Position numbers and translations under genes: made by a program. A model generated the notes under the pieces. The model made no database searches. It worked only from the letters and a program-made list of their open reading frames with translations, and was not told the DNA's origin. A DNA stretch of 63,963 nucleotides, the filler included, from Atractiella rhizophila (taxonomy: Eukaryota): the NCBI GenBank assembly GCA_021432655.1. It is 4 parts of 4 records of this genome, joined end to end, with 100 filler letters (N's around TTAATTAATTAA, not from the genome) between each part and the next. Parts side by side here need not be neighbours in the genome. Positions count along the whole stretch, not along the records: positions 1 to 24,506 come from MU271789.1; 3 more parts are not named here. One strand, 5' to 3'. Below are positions 1-11,796 of this stretch, piece after piece. Within the stretch, counting starts at the first letter, position 1. Every line of letters begins with the position of its first letter.

Positions 1-920
1 AATGATCCTGCAGTGTGTTCATCTCTCTGCTAAGAAGACACCAACTTTAGTGACACATTGTCCAGGGACGTGTAGCAAAAGTGGTGGTCAGGTGTGCAGT
101 CGAACGCATCGTCGCTGCCTGGAGTGACAAGATGGATCCAAATCAAGCCATCGACGAGGTTTCTTGCATTGTTGCACCTTGGCCTCTTGAGATCGTAACT
201 AACTGCAACTGGGGCAGATCTTGGAAACTTTCCATCACCCTTACTTCGCTTACGGAAGGTCAGACATCCAATCTAAGATGGCTGCAGAGATGGAGAACTG
301 GTTTCAGGAGTTGAGCGAGGAGGACCAGAGGACAGTGATTGACCGACTGAATAAGGTACGACTCCTACTTTGATCCTTGCCACGTAGTTCATGATGTATT
401 GCATGGATTGATCAGGATAGTGTACGAGAGGGAGAGAACAAGCGGCTTGGAGCGGAAGAAGGGACAAAAACGCACGGAGCTCGTGTTGGTAATGGATGGG
501 ACCACTCCCACGGCTACGAACAACGCTATCAGCAACCAGATTACAGTTCCTCTGGATACGGAGACTCCATCTATGGAGGGCAAGGGTACGGCAGTGATGG
601 ATATTCAGGTTATGCTGGGCACCAGGCGTACAGTCAGTCTCAAGAGTCTTCAGGCTTCGGTGGAGCTGCCCTTGTCGCTGTTGCTGGTACTGCCGCTGGT
701 TACTTTGGGGGCGGCGGTGGAGATGATCAGCAGGAACAGAATTATGATGAAGAACGGGAAGAACAAGAGCAAGGCGATGGAAGCTTTGATTTCAGTAACA
801 TCGCAGAGACAATTCAGAATGAAATTGAAGAACGCGTCGAGGAAGAGTTCTACGAAGGTGCGCATGCTTTTGTCACAATATCTGCCTCATTGTTATTGAC
901 GCAAATCTATCGCAGAATAA
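1..920 (+). CDS. het-C: Heterokaryon incompatibility Het-C family protein, 3' part (5' end outside window)
   Basis: Spliced reading VAKVVVRCAVERIVAAWSD...AIDE / ...FHHPYFAYGRSDIQSKMAAEMENWF...IDRLNK / DSVREGENKR, followed by a Gly/Tyr/Ser-rich tail; resembles the fungal Het-C C-terminus. The last intron ends at 915 and TAA is at 918-920. Confidence 0.8.
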
Positions 921-1301
921 TGCGCTGTTTTTCCCTTTCAAGATGTAGAATTCCTGAAATGGTTAGATTAGAAAGAAATGCAAATGCAAATTAGAATGGT
1001 CAACAACCCGTGATTGATACCTCTCCTCCTTCTGTATTTCGAGTGGTATAATTCTTCTCGCTATTTCCAGCCTTTTCTCTGTGTGAACAGCTGTTTTTGT
1101 AAACTCGATGTGTTGACGACTGCAAGCAAACATTCGCATTCGCTTACGCTAATTTGCTTACGCTATTTATTCTACATCCTTTCACAGTTTATTCACGTGA
1201 TCACATCTTAAACAACTTCAACGACATTCAACATTGAAGCTTGAAGTCTTGGAACGAGTGTCTTGACAGCTGGCTGCAGCTTAACCAGACTGGCACGCAC
1301 A

Positions 1302-1957
1302 ATGGACGCACTCCTCAGCTTTCTAACGGACTTGCACTCTGACCCTCGCTCGGCTATCCTGCTCCCAACCCTTACCGATCTCATTCACCAGCTACCTCTT
1401 CCCTCTCTCGCAGGGCTTTTCGACGCTTTGCCATTGCTTTCCCAGAGCCAACAACTTCCAGCTATATTCCACGCTATATCTCGCGGACTCACGCTGAGGA
1501 TCAAAGCTCTCAAGCTCCAGCATCCATATTCGTATTCGCTTCGTTGGAGAATAGCTGAACTCGTTGGGGCATGTGTAGCTGTCGAACGGAACGAGTTGAT
1601 CCTTCATGCTGCGCTGTTGAACGCAATGGAGATGGAGGGCGTGGTCGTGGAGAGGAAGACTGTGGAGGAGCGCTTAAGGAGGGACTTGATCCTGATCCAT
1701 GGTGGAGATGAGAAGGCTTTGGAATGTGCTCGAGTGGTGGGGATGGTGGAAGATTTGATGAGCAGGCAAAACTGGGACGATCCTCTAGAAAATGAGGTAT
1801 GACATTTTTCTGGAACTGCGACAAAGCTAAGACGGAAAGATAGGCAATAGTCAACTGGCTCCTTCCAGCTCTCAGTACGTCGCTCAGCTCACCCTCACCC
1901 GCACCTGAACTTCCATTACTGGTTGGTACTTCTCCTTCCACACTCCACCTCCCCTAA
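1302..1957 (+). CDS. Hypothetical helical protein, apparently 3'-truncated (weak PEX8 N-terminus-like resemblance)
   Basis: Coding-like ORF MDALLSFLTDLH..., then a GT-AG intron at ~1797-1842 and a short exon that runs into decayed repeat sequence. Confidence 0.4.
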
Positions 1958-1959
1958 CA

Positions 1960-3850
1960 AGAACAAAGGCGCAATTTGTATCCCGTCTCCTCCCCCCTCT
2001 ACTCCCTCTTCTCCCGTCCATACTCTCCACATTCCCCATCCAGCCAACACCGACCCACCAAACCGTCCTGCTGAACCTTCTCTCCTCCCTCCCTGCCGCG
2101 CTCTCTTTTGCCCAAACCTCCTACCACCAACTCGCGCTCTCCATTCTGATCCCCCTACGTTTTCTCGGAGCCTTGCCGGCAACCATGCAGTGGAACGAAT
2201 TTATCGACAGCATGGCAACGACTTTGCTGCACCTCGCTTCACCCGCCGTGAAAAGGGTCGATATCAACGCTTTGTTGAAGGAACTAGTAACGAAGCTCTA
2301 TCCCTACCTCTCTGTATGGCGAGCAAGGCATCTGACAGGCGTACAACGTCCTCTATGAAACGCGAGAGGCAACGCCTCCTCTCGACCAGAAGGTAAAGCA
2401 GTGTAACACAAGAGTACAGGAATTAAACCAGGAGTTCGAGCAGATTAAAGATGAGTGGTGAGCAGTCAAAGTACAGGAGGACCTACTTCCTTAGACGGTG
2501 AGTAACTGGGAAAACTTCGAGAAGTTCTTGAAGAAGGGTAAGAGTTAAAAAGCTAAGAGGTGGAGAGAGCATTCTAAACTACCCGGAGGCGGTACGGACA
2601 AGAGACTTCGTATCTCATCAGGTTCCAGCGACTGGCAGAGCTCCCGCTCAGCTTCGAAACCTAGACTCATCAACCTACGCTCCTAAACCCTCTGAAAATG
2701 TCTTTCGCCTAACGCCATGCTCCGAGGCAATGACCTTGACCTCCGTTACCCACACCGGTAATATAGGACCTCGACCCCGACGCACCGGTCTACCAGCCCA
2801 AAGACGTGTAGAGTTTTCAACTCAGTGCACTTCTTACGGGGGGTGGCAATAAGTATGTAAAAAAAAAATCCGAGAATTATTCCTTGGTACAAGTTGGGTC
2901 ATAATCGATGCATCTTCCCAATGGACTCTAAAGCGTTATTCAACGGGACAATCGTGAAACCAAATTACAACGTTCGCTCTAGATACCTTGTACCCGAGTA
3001 TAACTTACAACGTGATGCGGTAGTCTGTAAGTTCGAGAGTCCCAATTACAAGGCTCAATAGAGGAAAAAACAAGAGTAACAAACCAGGACTATGGTATGG
3101 ACGTCCTCACGTTTGGCGGCTGAGTCTCAGAACGGGAAGGTGGCAGTTTGGTGGTACGCTGTCGGTTAGGGAAGAAGACGGGTAGGTAGAGACACGAGTT
3201 GTAGAAGGGGTGTGCACCTAGCAAGGATAGGTTCGATAGTTCGTTTTATCCCTCGTTCCCTCGTCCGTGCCGCCCCTCCTCCAGCTACTCGTCCAGACCT
3301 CAGAAGCTACCCCTAAGCCTAACCTCCTACGCCATCTCTGTCTCCCTCCTCTCCCTTGGCCTCTCCTGCCTCTCCCTCACATACCACGCCTTCTCCCGCA
3401 ACCACGCGCAACCCCACAGCTAAACGTAGACATGTGTACATTGTGTAAAGATACCAGTCTTAGACTACACTTATGCCTCTCTGCAACTGCCTGCCTTTCA
3501 TTGTCCAGGTGCATTACGCACGTGTGGAGAAGATAGTCGTTCTCCGCTCCGCGCCTTCCATGGAGCTAACACCTTCGTTTCTTTCGCTCATCGCGAAGTA
3601 CACGTAAGACCCCATGTCCACAGCAACCGCCCGGCTCCAACGACAGCGAGGGAAGAGTTAGCTTTCTGGAATGTATTTCTATCCCTTTCTGTCTGCCTTC
3701 TTACACTAACATATAGTGTACGGATTACATAGGTGAAAGTTCGCAACCCCTGCCTTGCTTTCGAAGTTAGTTAGAGTTTTTCTTTCGAAGAGGTCGAAGG
3801 CGTAGGCCAGGAGATCGAGGGGGGCGCGTAAGCGTGGACTGCCAAGGTCC
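1960..3850 (+). mobile_element. Degenerate repeat/transposon remnant with a broken coiled-coil (gag-like) ORF
   Basis: Long reading frame with no evident introns (e.g. QKVKQCNTRVQELNQEFEQIKDEW*) broken by many TAA/TAG/TGA stops; strong TpA excess; abuts an assembly gap. Class not determined. Confidence 0.55.
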
Positions 3851-3958
3851 NNNNNNNNNNNNNNNNNNNNNNNNNNNNNNNNNNNNNNNNNNNNNNNNNN
3901 NNNNNNNNNNNNNNNNNNNNNNNNNNNNNNNNNNNNNNNNNNNNNNNNNNNNNNNNNN
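3851..3958. other. Scaffold gap (N run)
   Basis: Run of N. Confidence 0.99.
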
Positions 3959-5996
3959 TTCTTCTCACCAACCTATTTCTCTCCGCTTCACCTTTACACC
4001 GAAAGAAGTGCGCATCCTCAATTCACGGGACATAAAAGTTGGAAAAGAGCTTTTCAAGGCATTAGACAAGTGTGAGCGGATACGTAAAGACTGTTCTACC
4101 CTTCTAGCAGGGGAAGGGGACAGTACCCGTGCGGGGTGAGCGCTGCCTTCTAACATCCTGCCTGACGTGATTGGTATTATAGCTATGAGATCCTGGCGTA
4201 TACATCTACACATATGGAAGCGGGATATACCAAAATCCATAAATGGCTCACTCTCGAATGTCGTACGACTTTTACGAACACGAAGGAGATCGGAGCTCTG
4301 GATGTGGGAAAACGTCATGCGCGAAGCTATCCGACGACTTCGACCACGGGAAGAGCAGTTCAAGTAAGCTTCTGTCTTTACACTCTCAATATCATGTTCA
4401 CATCCATATGACTGCTCAGGGAGTTTTTGAATCTTCTTGGCGGTGCCCGCTCCACCTCCCTCCTATCCCTGTTCCAGCAATCCCTCTCTTCCACCTCGTC
4501 CTCATCAGTCAGTGGTGTTCGGCCCATCGAGTTACACGCCCACGATCCGCTCAGGTACATAGGTGACATGCTTGCTTGGTTTCACCAAAGTATGGCTGGG
4601 GAGCGCGAGTTCCTCGAGGCGCTCTTTGCATTGAGAGAGAATCAAGGTGGACGCTGGGTCGGGCAGGAGAGAAAAGTTGTAGAAGAGGACGAGAAAATGG
4701 TTAGAGATCTCGTAGACAAAGCTATGGAGGGTTGCACCCGACCTCTGAAAGTAAACCCCTTCTTCTCTCTGGTATGACAAAGTTACTGATAGAGGGCCAA
4801 CAAGATTCGAGTACTACAGACTATCAAATCTCAGGAAGGGAGCATTATGACCTATCGGATTGCCACCCTCCTCCACTTCTACCAGATTACAATGCGTAAA
4901 ACAATGGGCGAAGATTCTAACATCTCAAAAGTCCTGACTGAGTTGGTTTCTCGCGCCATCTACTCTCAAATCCTATCATTCCCGATCCACGATTGCTGAC
5001 GGTCCCCTTGAATAGAATAACTGATAATGCCTACAAAGTTTTCTTCGACTCCCTCGAATCTGAGGGTCGCTCTCTCCTCCGCTTTATCCAACCACCAGCC
5101 GCTGATCTCTCTCCGCCACAACTGCTCAGAGAGCACGTGTCTACACTTCGAGAGATCATGAAGGTGTTCTCGTCCTCGCTCGTCAATGATGAGGATGATT
5201 CAGAATCCAACCAAGAGTTCGAACGCGTCTTGAAGGAGGGCTTAGAACCAGCGATCTCGATGTGCGAAAAAATGGCAGCCTTGAAGGATACAGATGGGAA
5301 AAAGGGGAGGGATGAGCTGTCTTCAGGGAAAGTGTTCTTGATCAATTGTTTAGGGTTTATTCAGGTGTGGCTCAATTGGATCTGATGGAGAACTATGCTA
5401 ACGACGCGACAGTCCATTTTGCAACCATTCCAATTTGCCGCTGCCAAGATTAGGTCTTTAGAAACTGACGTTGAGGGACACGTCAATGTACTGACTACCG
5501 AGCATGTAAGAAGTCTCTACTGTTTCACTTGGAAGATGATACTGACGATGAGCCATAGTATCAACTTCTTTTAAAAGAATGTGGATTAGCACCTATCATC
5601 TCTGCCCTAGAAGAGAAAAAGGAAGAAGTATGCCGTTTGATTCTACGTCTTTCCCTATGATTATGGGTTAATACTACCTAGATTCCACTTTCACTCACCG
5701 AGGAAGCATCCCCGAAAGCATTGCAACAAGCAGTCAAAGCCTTTGACAACTTTCTTTCAACTGTTGACACCCTGTCATCGTCCCGCCTTAGCCTTCTGTT
5801 CTCCAGGAAAATCGCTTCTTCGATTCATCACTCGGCGCTCGAACGAGTGGTTCAAGCGTACGCGAGAACACATGCTGCAGTCATGCAACCACAGAATAAG
5901 TACGAGTTCCGGTCAACGGTGATGGTTCGAAGCCCTGAGGAAGTCATGATGCTGCTTGGAGCTAATTCGGAGTCTTCAAGCAATGCAAGTGGATGA
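3959..5996 (+). CDS. COG6: Conserved oligomeric Golgi complex subunit 6 (5' end in gap, multi-exon)
   Basis: Hallmark RPIELHAHDPLRYIGDMLAWFHQSMAGEREFLEALF; also RPLK/IRVLQTI, PPAADLSPP, and a C-terminal RSPEEVMMLLG. Confidence 0.93.
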
Positions 5997-7112
5997 TGGG
6001 GACCAAAGAATGCATTTGTTAATAACACAAGATAATTGAACACTGTTAGGGCACGACTGAGGAAAGAAGAAGCATCAAAGAAACCCGAGACCACTTGAGA
6101 GAAGAAAGAGCAAAATTGTCTTCAACTTCTATCCCAACTAAATATGAACAACGCACACTGGAATCGGGACTCACAGAATTGGTTGATTTGATTGTTCTGA
6201 TTGGTTGACGGAAGGAAACGAAAGGCACTGACCAGCCTCTTAGCCTCATCACAGACGAAAGCACTGAAAATAAACAAGTTAAAAGAAGAACGACGAAAAT
6301 TGAAACTGGATTGAAGTTGATTGCGGTCTAGACGACTCCTTTTTTGGTTAAACAGTTCGAAGAACGGCCGTGCCATGGCAAAATAGAAAAGGAGGCTGGG
6401 AAACGAGAAGAGATCCTGAAGAAGAGAACATCTATAATTGAGCGCAAGAAGGTGGCGAAGAAGTGAAGTCAAGCAACGGCAAGCGACTGGATGGCATGGC
6501 ATGAGGTACAGACGGAAGATCCTGATAAGATTGTGCCCGAGAAAGAGAAATGTCAACCGAGTTCCCAAAAGAATAGAGAGGAACAGCTAACAGATAAGAA
6601 CATGACAAGGGGATATAGAGGTATATTGACAAGGAACACAGACTCTATTTTTTTTGTATGGTTTTGTTCCTTTTCACAGCCTTGAAGACGGCCTCGTTTC
6701 GTCTCTTGAGAGAAAACGAATGAAAGGGGTTTGTCCTGAACACAAGTATCGAAGAGAGAGGGTATCATTGGGCGGCGCGGTGCCCAATTCCAGACTTAAA
6801 ATCCAAGCTGAAAGGCGACTCGGTTGCATCTTGCAGTTATCAACAGATCGTTTTCAGGGAGAAACCGAAGCGGGTATTTAGACGTAGCGAGTCCACAGAG
6901 AAGAATACTACGAAAGTCAAAGACAGGCGTTTGAATTTGCGAGTTCGATTTCATGAAGTGGGTCGCTGTCGAGGGATCGTCAGAGTCGTTGTTCGTTGGG
7001 TCGTGGAGACAAAAGGGTTGTGGTAGCGTTGTGAAGGAAAGGTGTACGGCAGTGAACTGATGGAGAAACGTGGAGGGTGGGGCGGGAACTGGAAGATGAG
7101 AGCGGTCTAAGT

Positions 7113-7960
7113 TTAAATGATGACGCAGGAGGCCTTAGCCCTTTTCCTCCTTTTGCTAGGGGCGTTGTAATTGCTCTGCGGATTTGCCTCTTGATCCAAC
7201 TTGACGACCTGGCGTACAATATCCTCGAAAAGAGCGTTGACGTTGATCTCCCTCCTGGCCGATGCCTCGTAGTAGGGAACTCCACCCCACAGCCGGGAAA
7301 GAGCGACACCGACTTCTCGCTGAACCGTCCGCTCTGCGACAAGATCACATTTGTTTCCAATGAGGACGAAGGGCACTTTGGACTGTGTAAACAGAAGGCG
7401 TCAGCACTCGGAGAAAAAGGTATACCGAAATGAATGAGGGCTCGCCTTTTCAATCCCAAGGTTATCCTTCTGCCGTAGGATGTTCTCTCGTATAGGCTGT
7501 AATTCTTTGATGCTGTCCATCGAGTTTAAAGCAAAAACAAGGACAAATCCGTCTCCTGACTTCATGTACAGAGTATGAAGGGCAAGAAACTGCAAGATGG
7601 GTCAGAGTGGGGAGGCTCAGTTCAGACCAAAGTAGCACTACAAACCTGCTCTGTGCCAGCAGTATCGAGAATCTCGCACTGACATTGTACGCCATCCACA
7701 ATCATGGACTTCTTATACGAGTCCTCGATCGTCGGGTCGTATTTCTCGACTGCAGCAACGGTTATTAGCGGAGGAAGCAAGATATTTGGAGAAAAAGCTC
7801 ACCGAAAGTGCCGTGGCAGAATCGAATGGTCAATGCACTCTTGCCAACCCCTCCACCTGCATAGGGTGCTTCCGTTCAGCTGCAAGTTCGGCCGAAGCAA
7901 AGAAAGAAGCAGACCACCGAGGATGACAATTTTGAACTCCCGATTGGCCATCATGATCAT
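7113..7960 (-). CDS. RSR1: Rap/Rsr1-type Ras-family small GTPase
   Basis: Spliced motifs [25 protein letters not shown] (Thr at the Ras Q61 position, typical of Rap), NKCD, EASA; ends in CAAX CVII. Confidence 0.9.
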
Positions 7961-8336
7961 TTCGAATCGCAATAAATCACTTGGAAGTCGTTATCTATCT
8001 AGAGATGCGACTTCTGAACCGGCCTCGAAGAAAGAGGAAGTGGCAATGATTTCGAAATTGGTACGGCGACAAAACGAGCCAAGAACAAGCAAAGTTCTTG
8101 AAAATCGTAAACTTATAGGTAAAATAACACGGTATGAAGACAAGGTCAGACCTTTGGAAAGGATTCTGAGGGAGGGGCGGGGGATGATTCGTGAGGTTTT
8201 GGCGGAGTGACAGTTTGCTTCGTGCTTCGCTGTTAGCTGAATCTTGCGCGCGCAGAAGTCTCGGTTCCGACCGACAAAGCCAAAGGCAGCTTTGAAAGGA
8301 CGACGTGAAAGATTTCGTTGGTGGTACCTTGCAGCA

Positions 8337-9430
8337 ATGGATATGACACCTGGTAGGAAAGCTATTCACGTCAGTGTTTCCACGTTCTAAAGATCGCGAA
8401 AGTTGAAACTGGTTTGAGAGTAGGAGAAGCTGGCGCAGGCTCAGAAGCTGAGGGAAGAAGGTATATCTGAAACCTCGCGATTTTCGCGCGTTAATCGATG
8501 GATGGCAAAGGTAACAACAAGTTCAAGACCGGAGACACCAAAGCTGCGCTTGCGAAGTACTACGAAGCTCTTCTCTTCCTCAAAGGACTCGATCAATCCA
8601 TCCTTCAGCAATTCCCTCATCCTTCCAAGCCCGTAACCTCTGAGAAGTCGGGATTGAAAGAAGTGACTGAGGAGGAGTCGAAGAAGATTGAGCAAGAGGC
8701 TGCAGGGAAGGAAGAAAAAGATAAGACGCCAGAAGAGAAGTTGGCAGAAGAAGGGGAGAATTTGACAAAGGAGATAAAGAGGAACATGGGTCTCGTTTAC
8801 ACGTGAGTCCCCCTTTCATCTACAATGGTTTACAGAGTCACTCTTCCCCAAAGAAATATGGCTGCATGTCATATCAAAGCGGAGAATTGGAAGAAAGCCT
8901 TGGAGTTTGCCCAAAACGTACGTCCGTTCGTGTGTGCAGTCTGCAGTCCAAAGCCAACGCGCCATCGACGGGATGGGTTAGGCTACGGCTTCCGATTCTA
9001 CAAACTCCAAGGCACTTTTTCGTGAAGCACAGGCGAGGATAGCATTGGGGGAAGTTACGCGCGGACGCCAGATTCTTGAAGACCTGCAAAAGAATCAAGA
9101 TGGTGTGTATTCTACTTACCCTACTGTTCTCATCTAAACCGAGAATGCTTGCTACAGATTCGGCCGTCCAACAAGCTCTAGCGAAACTCGATAAGGAAGA
9201 AAAAGCACGAATCAATCGCGACCGTGCTCAATTCCGTTCGTCTCCGTTCCTCACCTCTTTCGTGAATTGTGGTGCACTGATGAAATATGATGACAGAGGG
9301 CATGTTTAACCGAGGGAAAGCTTCCCAAGACGCATCCAGTTCAGGATCCCAGACAGAGAAGAAGGAAGAGGTACCTCAACCACGCATTACTGAAATTTTG
9401 GACGAGGATGATCCAGAGAAAACCTCGTAG
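8337..9430 (+). CDS. TPR-repeat protein (TTC9-like)
   Basis: EKLAQAQKLREE/GNNKFKTGDTKAALAKYYEALLFLKGL ... NMAACHIKAENWKKALEFA ... NSKALFR: TPR helices across several GT-AG introns. Confidence 0.75.
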
Positions 9431-9769
9431 TAACTTGTAGATCCAATCTCCCCAACCTTGTACGTTAAAAGTGTGATGTGCATCATTAGCCTGTCTTCAA
9501 GTTGTCATGCCCTGCAATTTCAATCATCTAGCCTGTAGTATGTGGGACGTATCCGTGTAATAATGGTGAGGTCGGCAAGGGCAAGGACAAAGGCAGTTGC
9601 GGACTAACATTGAAAACCTGAACGTGCTGTGTTTGATTCGGACGGATATTGTGAGAGAGCGACGGTTACAATTGCATGTTGATAACTTATAAAGGGTATC
9701 GAAAAAATACCCAGCCAAAGAAACATTGAGCGGGGATCAGTAGCCGTTTATGGGCCACACCAAAACAAT

Positions 9770-10958
9770 CTACTGCTCTTCAGTCTTCTTCAATTTCATG
9801 TAGCCGCTCTTAAAGTTCTGTTCTGGTACTCCAAGCTCGATCAATTTGCCAAAAGCTTTCGAAAAATCGTCGAAGAATGCCTTCTCGTTATCAGCATAGA
9901 GGGCCGCGTACTTCTTGAAATTGGGGTCAGTGACCATTGCGACATCAGTTCTCAACATCCTATTAGCACATCGACATGTCAGTTCCTTCGAAGGAGATCA
10001 ATCAAAAAAGGTACATTAGAGTCCTGGTCTTAGCATCCTCAAACTGGGGAGGTCCGTTCCACTTCCTCTCAGTCCACTTCTCATCTTTCAACAACTTGTA
10101 GAAGTCGTTGGTGAAAGTTGTGGGAGAGAAAGTCCAAGGTCCATCAAATCCGCTCCTGTCCTTATGACACCTTCCGAGAGCATGAGCACCAATAAGAGCG
10201 ACTATCTCTTGATCATTGAATCCCATCCGATAGAAGATGTCCCTAACGTGCGGAGCACCCTTATCGCCATCGGGCAGCCTTCCGTCGGGAGTTTGGTTGA
10301 TTTCGAATCCATCGACCCGTCCAGGACGCCAGGGAACGATAGGCCCTCCCATCTCCTGGATGGCGCACACACCAGCCAAAGTCCAAAGGTCACCATAAGA
10401 GATGCTCGGGTACTTCTTATGGATTGGCTCGAGCAGATTGCGCGCGACAACGAGGCCAGCATTAGCTCCGTGACCTCCTTCGGACGAGAATCGCATCGTC
10501 GCGTAGTTGGAGCCACCAGTCTTGCTCTCTTTGTCGTATGTACCGGAACAGTGCCATGCTAGGCGCAACAAGACAGGTCCGTAGGATCCATCGTCATAAG
10601 ATTCCGATTCGAGGACTGGCAACCGATCGAAGTAAAGAGATTAGCCAAAATCCTCCTTGTAATACGCGAAAAGGTGCAACAAAGTACGGAATGGTAACGT
10701 ACTCTCTGCGATGGCGTTGTAAACCTCCTGATAATCTATATCGTTCTTCTTTTCGCCAGAGAACCAAGAGAAGAGTCCCGCGCTCAAGGCAAGTCCTCCA
10801 GCACCAGCACCGCCGTAAGCGTACGTCCTGCCATATGACTTTGACTCGCTGGATCTGGAGGAGGAAGAGTAGAAGCGAGAGGGGGATGAAGTGGCAATTT
10901 GTCTACGGATTGCAGGAGCGACGGCGCGAGGAAGGGAGGAGGCGAATCGAGCTGCCAT
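9770..10958 (-). CDS. CCP1: Mitochondrial cytochrome c peroxidase
   Basis: [42 protein letters not shown]; Arg/Ser-rich presequence [11 protein letters not shown] followed by a TM segment. Confidence 0.95.
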
Positions 10959-11796
10959 TTCTCTGTTCCCATCAAAATCTTGAGCTGAAAATTTCCATCT
11001 GGCTCTTGACAATCGACGTACAATGTCTAAGGTGTCTATGTATTATCTCTAAGAGAGTAAGTATTGGAGAGGGCGTTTCTGAAGCAGCTGCTCCCTTAAA
11101 AAGCTGATCAGCTGAAACTCAATTTGTCAGCGGCGGCAAGAGCGTACGCGAGAAGAACCCGGCCGCCTGTAAGAAAGATTCCATCTCGCGCCACCATTCC
11201 AGAAAGTCCCATTGGTCAAAGAAAAACTCGATCAGAAAGAAAGGTTGGACGCGTCGAAATGGACCGTGTGAGAAAGCTTTGCGGTTGTTTGCAGAGGAGC
11301 ACAGTTTTGCGGGGCTGGCCGAAGCAATTCATGAAGGGAAATGCGGTTTGCTCATGTTCTCTTTGGCAAATGGGTCGTGTTTCATAAGTTTCAATCCTTT
11401 TTTGGCACATAAGAGTTCCGGCTTTGGTATTGCCACTGGCGGTCGACTTGTGCACTAGCAGCGCGGTGCAGGCTGGTCCAGGTTGGTGCAACCGTGTGAA
11501 AGAAGAAACTCTATTGGTTCCCCAGCCGTGAAAAGCATGCTGCTCGCCTGATGTTGAGTATGGAGGTCCTCCAAATGTAGCTTTGAAATGAATGGGTGCA
11601 ATAGCGAGCATCATCACGTGATCGGACTCAAACTGCTCTCTGAACAGAACAAAGGCAACCAGATATTGTCACCTTTGAATTATCGGATTATGCCACACAT
11701 TGGGAATATGTTGCTTGTAGATGTCAAAGTGCTTGACATTCCCGGCAACAGTTATGAGGAGGTGACAAAAGAACACCCTCTGTCGCATATTTGGCA

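Noticed and set aside
399..899. 166-aa ORF from the track
   Set aside because: Shadow frame; the real reading is the Het-C tail in another frame.
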